Part shown: positions 23,970 to 35,466 of the stretch, one piece after another | Layout of the letters: every line of letters starts with the position of its first letter | Numbering within the stretch: the first letter of the stretch is position 1 | Assembly (NCBI RefSeq): GCF_018350175.1 | Contig: NC_058383.1 | Span: forward strand, 2,046,001-2,110,000 | Direction: 5' to 3' | Source: Felis catus | Lineage: Eukaryota | Length of the DNA stretch: 64,000 bases | Made by a program: the position numbers and the translations under genes | Notes under the pieces: generated by a model | What the model saw: only the letters and a program-made list of their open reading frames with translations | Database searches by the model: none | What the model was told of the DNA's origin: nothing

Positions 23970-25772
23970 CAGTTTTTTAAATTGTGGTAAAATGCACGTA
24001 ACATTTATCGTCTTCACATTTTTCAGGGTGCAGTTCAGTGGCATTGAACACATTCACATTGTCACGCAACCATCACCACCCTCCGTCTCTAGAATTCATT
24101 CCATCTTTCCAAATGGAATACATCTGCCTCCGGTAAATACTAACACCCCCTTGCCCTCCCTGCCCAGCACCTGGTAACCTCCAGTCTGCTCTCTCTCTCT
24201 ATGGATTCAGCTCCTCTGGGGACCTCACAGAAGTGCAGTCGTACAGCGTTTGTCCTTTGTGGCTGCCTGATGTCACCGAGCATCGTGTCCTTCCTGTAGG
24301 TTCGTCCACGTTGTAGCAGGTGCCGGCATGTCTTCCCTCGGAAAGGCTGAGTGACACTTGTCGTGTGCGTTCCATGTTTTCTTATGTCCTTACTCTTCAC
24401 CACACACCTGGGTGGCTTCCACACCCATTATTCGACTGTTGTGAATAATGCTGCTGTGAGTGGGGCTGGCTGTACAAATATCTCTTGGAGACCCTGCTGT
24501 CAGTTCTTTTGAATACAGACCCAGAAGTGGAATTGTTGGATCACATGGTAATTCTGTTGTTAATGTTTTTTCATGTTTATTTACCTTTGAGAGACAGAGA
24601 GCACAAGCAGGGGAGGGGCAGAGAGGGAGACACAGAGTCCGAAGCAGGCTCCAGGCTCCGAGCTGTCGGCACAGAGCCCCACGTGGGGCTCGAACCCACA
24701 AACCGTCAGATCATGACCTGAGCCGAAGTCGGACGCTCAACCGACTGAACCACCCAGGCGCCCTTATTGTTAATGTTTTGAGGAGCCTCCGTCCTGTTTT
24801 CCACAGGGGCCGCAACATTTTACATTCCTGTTAGTAGTGCACGAGGGTTCCAATTTCTCCCCATCCTTGCCAACACTCATCTATTGGTTTTGTTTTCATT
24901 TTAAGATATTTATTTCTTATTTATGAGAGAGGCAGAGAGAGAGAATCTCAAGCAGGCTCCACAGCCAGCACTGGGCCTGTTGCGGGGTTCCATCCCATGA
25001 CCCTGGCATCGTGACCTGAGATGAAATCAAGAGTTGGACGCTTAACCCACTGAGCGACCCAGGTGAACCGATTTTACTATTTTTTTTAAAGTGATATCTG
25101 TCCCCTACGTGAGGCTAGAACTCACAACCCCAAGGTCGAGAGCCGCATGCTGCATCGACTGAGCCCTCCAGGCTCCCCTATTTTTTGATTGGGGTTTTTG
25201 ATGGGTGTGAGGTGCTGTGTCGTCGTGGTCTTGATTTGCATTTCCCTGATGCTGAGTGATGTTGAGTATCTTTTCGTGTACTCATGGCCCATTTGTATGG
25301 TTTCAGAGAAATGTCCATTCATATTTTTTGCCCATTCTTGAATTGGTTGTTTGATTTGTTTTTCCTTTGAGTTTAATGAGTTCTCCATTTATTCTGGATA
25401 TTAACCCCTTATCAGATACACAATTTGAAAAAATTTTGTCCCATTCTGCAGGAATCTTCCCTGTGGGCAGTGCCTTTTGATGCCCAAAAGTTGCTAAGTT
25501 GCATGAAGTCCACTTTTGTCTATTTTTTCTTTTGTTGTTAATGCCTTAATTTTTTATTGCCGTGTATCTTTTCTTTCCTTTTTTCTTTTAAATGTTTATT
25601 TTTGAGAGACAGCGAGAGGGAGAAGGGCAGAGAGAGAGGGGGAGACGGCAGATCTGAAGCAGACTCTGCACTGGCACCAGACAGCCCGATGTGGGGCTCG
25701 AACTCACAAACCGTGAGATCATGACCCGAACTGAAGTCAGATGCTTAACAGACTGAGGCAGCCGGGCACCCC
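23970..25772 (-). mobile_element. Old LINE-1 3' fragment interrupted by several CAN-SINEs (~24565-24763, ~24900-25070, ~25585-25772)
   Basis: L1 hallmarks cccagaagtggaattgttggatcacatggtaattct and ttgcatttccctgatg, plus SINEC bodies. Confidence 0.85.
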
Positions 25773-28290
25773 GCCGTGTATCTTTTCTAAAAGGGAAAAT
25801 GTTTTTTTCTCACAGTAAAAACCAATCAATGCTCAGTGTAAACAAAAACACCGTAAACACGAAAGCCGTGAAGAGGGGAGTCAGAGTCACCCAGACGCCC
25901 GCGCGCTGTCCCGGGATATGTACGGACTCTGTCTTGTGTCGGGTGGCGGTCACGGTGGCCCTTCCCGTGTGGAGTCCCGTGTGCTTACCCGGTGGCCGGC
26001 TGCCCGCCTGGGAGCTCTCCCTGCCGCCTGCCACGGGGAGGGGCCGTGCCGTTCACACCGAGTGGTCGAGGGTGCGTGGTGTGGTGTAAGTTACGGATCT
26101 CATTACGAGTAAGTTAGTTGACTCGCTGTTTACAACATAAGCCGTAGATTCTCTGGCCCCACGAGGAAAGCACCGTGGAGGTCGCCGCGTGGCCTGCCGC
26201 TGGCCCCGGGCCCAGCGGGGGCAGGTACCGTACCTGGACAGGGTCCTGGTGCTCGGCTGCAGTGCTTGGTGGTGCCTGGTCGTCCTCAGGAGGTTATCTG
26301 TAGACTAAGAACAAAGCCTTAGATGTTAAATGTACTACAAGAGTCAAAGATTGTAGCGCCTGGTGCTAAAAGCTTAGAGAACCATATCAGGCACAGGTAA
26401 GAAAGAAACGTCACGTGTCTCAGTTCCCACTGGGAGCATTTGGGGCTAGTTCCAGCCTGACCACGGCCCTTGAAGCTGTAACCAGTGCTCCGTTCGGTGC
26501 CCTTCGCCTCCAGGCCCGGTGCCTCTGTGTCTCTTGGGTCGGAAAAGCCAGGGAACCCTCGCCCGTTTGTGACAGACACACGCGGGTCAGCATCTGAACT
26601 TCCAAGGAAGCGTGATCCTTCTAAGCCCCTTCTGTCTACCAGATTGAACTTTGAGTAGGAGGAAACTTGCCCGTGTGACTTCAGTCCCTGGGAGAGATGG
26701 GAAAATACAGGGTGGGTGCAGGTGCGTGTGTCCTACCATGACTCCCGTGTAAACGCTTTCTACCGTGGAACGTCCCGAGGTCACGGAAAAGAAGGAGGTG
26801 TCGACATACGCGACCACATGGACGAGTCTCAAAGTACATGCCGTGTGGTTCCATTGATAGTACGCTCCAGAAAACGCGAGCTAATTTATAGTGACAGAAG
26901 CCAGATCAGCTGCAGGAGGGGAGGGATGAGGCGGGGAGAGGGATTAGAATGGGCCTGAATACACTTTGGGGGGTCGATGGAGATGTTCCCTCTCTGACCG
27001 TGGTGAGGGTGTCACGGGTGCATGCGTCCAAACTCACCAAGTGGTACGTTTTAAGGACGTGCACGTCCTCGTGCATGAGCTACACAAGCCGTTTGGAAGA
27101 CCGAGTATATCTAACGGTAACAAAGCTGAGGGAGCGGAGTGTGTGTGGGCTTGACCTGTGGAGTGAGGCTTGCATTCAGGGCCTCGGGTTCCTCAGCCGT
27201 GAGAGGGCTATGCCTCCCTGAGGCCGCGTGCAGAGGCTTGAAGGAGCGTGCGTGACACATTCCTCCCAGTGCCTGGCCCGTGGTGACGGCTCTGGAAAGG
27301 GCAACTGCGATCGAAGACGCGTTATCTCTGTGTGTGGTTTTTCTCCCCGGGTATTCAACCTTCTCTTTTCCTCGAAATTAAAGCGAAGTCTTACTAAATT
27401 GTTAGTCACGAGCGTCCGTTTTTACAGAACGCCGTAGGCCCTGGCATTTGTTAACATGCATATACTACGTCTTGCCTGAAAAATAAGCAGAGGTGTTTAT
27501 TTATATATTATTTATCATAACCAGACTTAGCTGGTTCTTAGCGTTCTGAGCCCACGAATGACGGCCCGGTCCTTGATCTGTGGCTGGTGCCTGTGCCCGC
27601 GGACGGGACTCTGACTCGGCATCATCCCCACCGTGCGTGTGAGTCTCATTCTTAAAATTGGAAGCCGAGCTCTCGCGTCAAGTGACATTTGCAGTTACTC
27701 TTTCCCTTTGCTCTCAGTCTTCGGGAAAACTTCTTTTCCTCTTTTTTGATATGGTTTCACTTTCCATCTCTAGAAACTGTTCACCCTTGTACATCCCCGA
27801 GAAGGGACGGCCTTGAAAACTTTAATGGCGTGGTACTTATGATCTAATTTTGAAAACAGGCTGTGACGTCGTGTGATTGTCACCACGAAAAGAGCTTTAA
27901 ACTGTTGTCACATAGCTGTTGTTACTCTCCGCACACCTGTGATGCCCTCAGGGGAAGCTGGGTGAGAGACACAGGCCTCTAATCCTGATGGTTTTCTTCA
28001 TTTTGTGACACACTTACCACTTCCACGAGGTGTGATAAATCCCGAAGGCGCGCACTGTCCCGGCCTGTGGCAGAGTAGCGGTCAGCCGGGTTCTCTGCGC
28101 CCCCGGCTGGGTTTCCTTTTCTGTGGGGGTGCGCTGAGACCACCGGGGCCCAGGAAGGACTGGCGAGGGTGACTGTGACCAGCACATTCTTTACTGTCAC
28201 CTGCTTGTGTCGGCACCTTTCCTGTGTCAGCCCACACAACCCTTTGTACTATGAACATGTAGCACTTTCTCCATCAAACACACAACATAA

Positions 28291-28423
28291 GGGCGTCGCG
28301 GGGTGCGGGGGGATCAGCCAGTTAAACGTCCAACTCTTGATTTCAGCTCAGATCATGATCTTATGGTTCGTAGGATCAAGCCCCACGCTGGGGTTGGTGC
28401 TGACGGTGCGGAGCCTGCTTGGG

Positions 28424-28461
<38 letters not shown>

Positions 28462-28620
28462 TCCCTCTCCCTCTCCCTCTCCCTCTCCCTCTCCCTCTCC
28501 CTCTCCCTCTCCCTCCCTCCCTCCCTCCCTCCCTCCCTCCCTCCCTCCCTCCCTCCCTCTCCTGCTCAGGCACTCTTTCTGCCTCTCTCTCAAAATAAAC
28601 ATTTAAAACAACAAAAAAAA
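28291..28620 (+). mobile_element. CAN-SINE with expanded compound microsatellite (CT)n(CTCTCC)n(CCCT)n at ~28427-28560
   Basis: SINEC body, expanded pyrimidine tract and A-tail. Confidence 0.88.
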
Positions 28621-30360
28621 GCCCAAAATGAACTGAGTATAAACAAGGCTGCATAGGTGGGTGGAGATTGCTTCCAGACCTTGGCCTCGTGAAGTTTTAG
28701 GTTCGTTTAATGAAACTGCATCAGGTACCAGGTACCAGGCACACGGTCGAACACGTGCAAGAGGTACAGACTCGGAGAGGTTCAGAAACTGAGAAGTCCC
28801 AGAGCATGCGCGATGGGAGACCCTCCCGGAACGCCCCCAGGACGCGCTGTGTCTGTGTCTGCTCCGGTGCCCCCACTGGCAGAGCTCCCGGTGTGTCTTA
28901 AAAATGGCTCCTTCTGGGTTTGGGCCACTTTAGAGGAGTGTACTCATTCTCTCGTTAGGCCAGACCCAGAGGCTGAGTTCTGTCCTCTGAAGCCACACGG
29001 GATAAGCCTGTCCCCTCTCCCAGGAGACTGCCCTCCAGATACTTGAGCCCCCGCTGCAAATCTCTCCTCCGGCCTCAGCAGCCCCCACTCCCCTCTCGCA
29101 GGTGCTATTGGGGAAGAGGCCTGACGGCCGGCAGAAGCCACAGGAGAGGCAAGGACCCCACTTGGTCTTAAGTGGATTAAGACGTGTGCCTGTCTAGGGG
29201 TACTGCAGACAGGAGGTGAATGCCAGGAGAAAGGGGTACAGATCTTGAACTTTTCCAGAAACCTCAGACTCTCAGGTCACGCTTACTGAACCTGGTAGGA
29301 TAATTTGTTTTTTATGTAAGATGGTCCTGGTTCAAAATACAGGAAAGAGAGAGGTGAATGTGGCCCCTGCAACTTCCCCAGCCCCCTTTATCCCGGCACT
29401 TTTCAGACACTGCCTCTTCTTCCCTGTGCTGCCTGGGAGAGGGTTGCTGCTCAGAACGGCTGTCAAACAGGACTGGCCCCAGGAAGGGGTCCTCTGGCAT
29501 TTTGGGGATTGACCTTGACCGCGGTCGATGACAGCCTTAGTGGAAGTTGTAAGGGAAGCACGAATCCCTCGTCCAGCCTGCAGAGCCCTCCCCGACACAG
29601 GAGTGGCGGCCTGCCCCCAGGCCGGTGGCATGCTGCTCGACCCCGACCCGGGGGGTGAGGCCCCAGCACCTGCTGACACTCACAGCTTCCCCCCTGCACC
29701 TGCCCTCCCTCCACCCTCCTGCCGCGGCCGTGGCTCCGCTGCTGTCTGGTTCCCGCGGGGACGCGGACAGGCTCTCAGGGCCTGGAGAGCTCTCACGCGG
29801 GCCCACTTTCATCTGCCTGCTGCACCCTCCCTCTGTCCCCAGACACCTCGAGTGTGCCCTGCCCTTTCCACACAGAGGGGCAGACACGGTGCCCAGGGCC
29901 CAGCACGCGTCGGCCACACACACGAGCCTGCCTCTGACGTGTTTCTTAGGATTAAGTGTACACGGGGGCGCCTTTAACATTATTACAAATTGTAGGATGC
30001 ATTAAACCTTAACCTTCTTGTGTGTGTGTTTCACTGCCCTCCTCTCCTTCCTCCTCGGCACCTCCCGCTCAGGAGGGTCTGTGTTCCCGCCCGAGCCTGG
30101 TCTCTTAGCCCCCTGTTTTCAGTTCCGTGATAAAGGATGTCCAGTGACCTCATCAGCCGCACCCGTCCCGGGCGCCTCAAAGCAGCGCTAGTCGTATTAC
30201 ACGGAGGAGCTGAAGTCCGGCAGGCAGCCCCGCAAAGCCTGAGCCGTGGAGAATGGGGTGGGAGCCGGGGGACAGGGACCCTGACCGTGAGGCAAGCACC
30301 GTGCGCCGGAACCTGAGGCTCCAGGAGGGCACCTTATCTGGACGCGGTCTTTAATGTGGC

Positions 30361-30461
30361 TCTGTGTTGCCTTTCCAGGGTCCCGAGAGCAGCGCCCCTC
30401 CTCCATGAAGCTGCCGTGAAAGCTCCCGGGTGAGAGGGCCCGCGGCCCGTCCGCGAACAGA
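30361..30461 (+). other. CHST12: CHST12 exon 2 splice acceptor (tgttgcctttccag|, exon starts 30379) and 5'UTR part
   Basis: Polypyrimidine tract plus AG at 30377-30378, 83 nt upstream of the ATG. Confidence 0.75.
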
Positions 30462-31706
30462 ATGACCAAAACCCGGCTCTTCCGCCTGTGGCTGGTCTTG
30501 GGGTCCGTGTTCATGGTCCTCCTGATCATTGTGTACTGGGACAACGTGGGCACGGCCCACTTCTACCTGCACACTTCCTTCCCCAGGCCGCACCCCACCC
30601 CCGCACAGGGGGCAGAGAAGGAGTTCACGGCCGACGTGGACGCGTTTTTGCAGAAGCTGCTTAGCGGCGGCCTGAAGCAGAGCGCCCCCTCCGGTCGAAG
30701 GACGGAGCAGCCCTCGGTGCAGGCCTCGGGCAGGCCCGTGCTGAGCAACGCGGAGGAGAGCGTGCGGGGCTACGACTGGTCCGCCCGCGACGCCCAGCAG
30801 GGCCCGGACCCCGGCGGGCGGCAGGCGGAGCGGAGGAGCGTGCTCCGGGGGCTCTGCGCCAACGCCAGCTTCGTGTTCCCCACCAAGGAGCGCTCGTTCG
30901 ACGACATCCCCAACTACGAGCTGAACCACCTGATCGTGGACGACCGCCACGGCGTCATCTACTGCTACGTGCCCAAGGTGGCCTGCACCAACTGGAAACG
31001 CGTCATGATCGTGCTGAGCGAGAGCCTCCTGGACCGGGGCGCCCCCTACCGCGACCCGCTGGACATCCCGCGGGAGTACGTCCACAACTCCAGCACCCAC
31101 CTGACCTTCAACAAGTTCTGGCGCCGCTACGGCAAGTTCTCCCGCCACCTCATGAAGATCAAGCTCAAGAAGTACACCAAGTTCCTGTTCGTGCGGGACC
31201 CCTTCGTGCGCCTCATCTCCGCCTTCCGCAGCAAGTTCCAGCTGGAGAACGAGGAGTTCTACCGCAAGTTCGCCGTGCCCATGCTCACCATGTACGCCAA
31301 CCGCACCGGCCTGCCCTCCTCCGTCAGCGAGGCCTTCAGCGCGGGCCTCAAGGTGTCCTTCGCCAACTTCATCCAGTACCTGCTGGACCCGCGCACCGAG
31401 AAGCTGGCGCCCTTCAACGAGCACTGGAGGCAGGTGCACCGGCTCTGCCACCCCTGCCAGATCGACTACGACTTTGTGGGCAAGCTGGAGACGCTGGACC
31501 AGGACGCCGCCCAGCTGCTGCGGCTCCTCAAGGTGGACAAGCTCCTGCACTTCCCCCCGAGTTACCGGAACAGGACCGCCAGCAGCTGGGAGGAGGGCTG
31601 GTTCGCCCCCATCCCCCTGGCCTGGAGGCAGCAGCTGTACAAACTCTACGAGGCCGATTTCGTCCTGTTCGGCTACCCGAAGCCCGAAAACCTGCTCAGA
31701 GACTGA
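30462..31706 (+). CDS. CHST12: Carbohydrate sulfotransferase 12 (chondroitin 4-O-sulfotransferase 2), complete single-exon CDS, 414 aa
   Basis: Intact ORF MTKTRLFRLWLVLGSVFMVLLIIVYWD...FGYPKPENLLRD*. It has a type II N-terminal TM anchor, the Sulfotransfer_2/HNK-1ST family 5'-PSB motif YCYVPKVACTNWK and the 3'-PB motif FVRDPFVRLISAF. GC3 bias is strong, and GRIFIN lies downstream as in human. Confidence 0.97.
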   Translation: MTKTRLFRLWLVLGSVFMVLLIIVYWDNVGTAHFYLHTSFPRPHPTPAQGAEKEFTADVDAFLQKLLSGGLKQSAPSGRRTEQPSVQASGRPVLSNAEESVRGYDWSARDAQQGPDPGGRQAERRSVLRGLCANASFVFPTKERSFDDIPNYELNHLIVDDRHGVIYCYVPKVACTNWKRVMIVLSESLLDRGAPYRDPLDIPREYVHNSSTHLTFNKFWRRYGKFSRHLMKIKLKKYTKFLFVRDPFVRLISAFRSKFQLENEEFYRKFAVPMLTMYANRTGLPSSVSEAFSAGLKVSFANFIQYLLDPRTEKLAPFNEHWRQVHRLCHPCQIDYDFVGKLETLDQDAAQLLRLLKVDKLLHFPPSYRNRTASSWEEGWFAPIPLAWRQQLYKLYEADFVLFGYPKPENLLRD

Positions 31707-33779
31707 GGGCGGCGGGGACAGTCCCGAACGCCGGAACCAGCCGGGCTCACGTCATCTGCCGTCCCACGGCCGTCTTCCTGCGGGAGGAGCGATGGGCTCC
31801 CGCGTGGATTTTTTCACGGCCCCGTTTCCCTGCCGGCCCCACACGGCAGGGTTCCCCAGCGCTCCCGTCAACGAGGAGGCTGGAGACCGTCCCCACACTC
31901 CAGTTTTTTAAATAACCTACGATTTTGCAATCTAGACGTACCGTTTACTCCACTGCCTATATTCGTTGAGTACTGTGTTAATATTGTTTTCTAAGATTAA
32001 TATATTTGAGCTATTTAATATGAAAAGTGCAGAAAGAGAGGATGGAGTAAATGTTACACCTGCTTCTTCCGCCTGCTTTCGTGGTTATTCTAGCAGAGCG
32101 TGAAACTCGGGTAGAGGAAGGGGGTTTTCGTGGTCATCTTCCACAAAAAGCAGGACCCTGCACTTGAAATCAGGCCTCCCTCGTGTTTATAAAAGGGTAG
32201 CAGACAGATCTCCTCAAGCGAGAACGCCCTTGCCGTGTGATATTTGTGGAAAGGGAAGGCAGTCAGGAAGGGTGTTCTGTTTGCGATCACCCTTCCCGGC
32301 CGCGGTCACGGAGCAGGGTGGTCACTCCAGCTGTTCCTGTGAGTGTATGAATCCTGGCCGTAAGGATTTGCTGTGACAGGGGTGCCGTGAGGAGTCTGTC
32401 CCAAGAGTCGATTCCTGACGTCAGCAAGGTGAAGCTTGGGCGACAGATGCGGTGACCTTCCCCCGTGCGGGCGTGACTGACCCTGGGATCCTCTCGCTCG
32501 GCGGCCCCGACTTGGGAAAGGTGTCCTGTTGGCTAGTCCGGGAAGGCTCCTGGTTCAGATTTATCTGCAGTTTTGGCCACGACCCTGTAGTTGGTGAGAA
32601 ATTTGCAGTCACTCCGTGGTGTGTGGGGCTCACGTTTGACCTTGCGTCCTTGATGTGTAGCATTTGGTCCCCGGGAGCCGGCAGTGCACTCAGGAGGCCT
32701 GCCCCCAGCCCTCCTTGGTGCGCAGTGTCCTTGCTGTTCCTGGTTTCCAGATGGCCCCGGGGGCTCGTCTGAGCACGTGGCCTCCGCGCGCTCACCTCCC
32801 AGACTCGGGGCTCCGCCGTGCGACAAGCCACCTGCTCCTCTTTTTATGATACGGTCAGCAGTAGAGATACTCGAACTTAGGAGTCCGGCTGTAGAGTAAC
32901 TGAAGAGCCGTCAGGCACCACGGTGGGGATCTCCTGGAACACCCGTTTGCTCAGTAGTCACCCGTGACACCGAGAGCGCTGGGCTTCAGGGTGGCTCTGC
33001 CTTCGGGGAGCCTTGTGATCCTGTGGTAGAGACGAGAGTGGGGACCCCCATCCCAGGCCAGTGGGCTGAGTGCCTTCAGGACAAGGCGTCTGGTGATGTG
33101 AAGGCGGGCTTCCTGAGGGAGGTGGTGGTTGAGCACAGCCTGAAGGGCAGGGCAGGCTAGGCGGCTGATCAGTGACATCAGAAGTACAGGGCGTGTCCAC
33201 AGACGGCAGGTACTAACTACTGTGATACATTTCTTGTGTCATTTCATGTCCTCTCGGAAGCCACCGCGCTCTTCCTGTCCTTTTCTCTAGTGAGGATGCT
33301 GTGTAGCAGAGACGAGGCAGGGCCGGGATCTGGAGCCCATGTGCCTGACCTTCCCCCCCCCGCCAGGGATGTGGACGGGTTGTGGGCATAGAGCCTGGCG
33401 GCCTTGACTGTCAGGCCCTGTTGAGATTTCACTTAGGCAGCAACGAGCCGTGGAGGTTTCTGGGTAAAGGGATTTGGATGCTTTGGGGTCAGGTGGTGTC
33501 GGGCCGAGAGGGGAGGGTGCCGGGAGGCCGGTCAGCAGGCAGCGGGGCCCTCGCCCAGGGATGATGGGGTGACGGGGAGACGGGAGGCGCCCAGGTGACT
33601 CGAGGGAGGGTCTTGGGAAGAGGCTCCTTCCGACGCCCCACGGGACGGGCGCCCCCCCCCAAGCCAGCCTGCTGCTGATATTCCCACGTGTGACAAGGGA
33701 CGAGTGGGAAGGAATCAGGAGAGCTTAACGGGGACCTTTCTTCTGACCTGGCAGCTTCCCCCCGCCACACACCGGTTTT

Positions 33780-34290
33780 TTAATCGTGGTCAAAGACACA
33801 TCCAATTTATCATCTTAGTGGTTTGTGTCCGTTTCAGGGGTGGTAAGCGCGTTCACACCGTTGTGCAGCCATCGCTGCCTCCATCTGCGAGACGTTTTCA
33901 TCTTCCCAGAGTGAGACCCCCAGCCCCGGCCCCACCGTCTGCCCCCTGCATCTGTGTGCGGGACAACTCCAGCGACCTCACAGAGGTGGGGTCACACGTA
34001 CTTGTGCTTTCGTACCCGGCTCGCGTCACTCAGCATCACGTCCTCGAGGTCCACGCGTGTGGTAGCAGGTGCCAGCACGTCCCTCCTCGTTACGGCCCAC
34101 GCCGTCCCACGGTGTGGATGTGCCACAGCGTATTTATCCGTCACCCATCCGTGGACACGTGAGTCGCTCCCGCCTCCGAGCTGCTGCGAATAACGTTGCC
34201 ATGAACATGGGTGTGCAAATATCTGTTTGAGTCACTGTATTCAGTTCTGGGTAAATACCCAGAAGAGGGATTACTGAGTCACATCTGACC
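33780..34290 (-). mobile_element. Old L1 3' remnant
   Basis: gccatgaacatgggtgtgcaaatatct...taaatacccagaag pattern. Confidence 0.65.
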
Positions 34291-34538
34291 TGGTGGCTTT
34301 TTATAAACTGAGCCAGTGTGCAGACACCTGCAGGCTCCATCAGGACCGTTGTTTTGCAGATCATGTTTCCTGGTGTTGGAGGCAAGCTGGAGGATGTCCT
34401 GGGAAAACAAGCCAGCGTTTGGATGGTTTCAGATCTCCTTTACGTGTATTGAGTACGCTGTGGATTTCAGTCATGTGCTGTAACTTTGAATAATGGATAT
34501 TCATCAAAACAAGCCACAGCGTTTAAATAACAACAGTT

Positions 34539-34745
34539 TGGGGCATCTGGGAGCTCAGTCGGTCAAGTGTCCAACGCTTGACTTTGGCTCAGGTCATGAT
34601 CTCGCGGTCCGCAGGTTCAAGCCCCACGTCCGGCTCTGTGCTGACAATGTGGAGCCTGCTTGCGATTCTTTCTCTCCCTCTGCCTTCCCCCTCTCGGGTC
34701 TGTCTGTCTGTCTCTCTCAAGATAAATAAACTTAAAACATTTTTT
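34539..34745 (+). mobile_element. CAN-SINE
   Basis: SINEC head, body and tail. Confidence 0.85.
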
Positions 34746-35263
34746 AAGTAAGTAACGTAACAGTTCTGAAATACCTCTTTAGCCGCCATCATCATGGCGC
34801 TTGGCATCTGCGTCTCTCGGTAGTTTCTCACGGAGATGTGTTTATTTCGAGAATGTTCAGACAACATGTCACAACTCACTGACTGGTGGGCTCATTACGG
34901 GCAGGGTCACATCTCCATTTCCTTGTTTTGGGTTCTGCCAAGAATAATCACCCTGTAGGTCTGTTTCTGTGGGTAGCGGGGGCATGTTTGCAGGGACATC
35001 GAGGCCCGGGGACCATTGGAGCGGATTGCAGCGACATCCGTACACCCGTCCAGATCCCTGTGCGGCCCCCGGGGCCCGAGGGACGGTGGCAGAGAAGGTC
35101 CCCCTCGGCCGTCCACCTCTGCCTTCCAGAGGCTGCAGCAAGAGGGGGCCCCCCTCGTCCTTTCTGGGGTGACTCTTACTCTTTCTGTTTCCCTGGCCCA
35201 CAGAATAGCATCCTGTGAAGAAATTTGGCTCCATATTTTTTTGTGCCCCCAGAATTTTTACAT

Positions 35264-35466
35264 TGGGGCGCCTGGGTGGCTCAGTCGGTTGAGCATCCAA
35301 CTCTTGATTTCGGCTCAGATCGTGACCTCACGGCTCGTGGGGGGGAGCCCCGTGTTGGACTCTGCTCTGGGTGTGGAGCCTGCTTGGGATTCTCTTTCTC
35401 TGCCTCTCTCCCCTGCTCACACGCTCCTGCCCTCTCTTTCTAAAAGAAGAAAAATAAAAATAAAAA
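35264..35466 (+). mobile_element. CAN-SINE
   Basis: ggggcgcctgggtggctcagtcggttgag head and A-rich tail. Confidence 0.88.

Noticed and set aside
30351..31550. 399-aa ORF antisense to CHST12
   Set aside because: It is a shadow ORF in register with the GC3-rich CHST12 codons and has no independent protein features.
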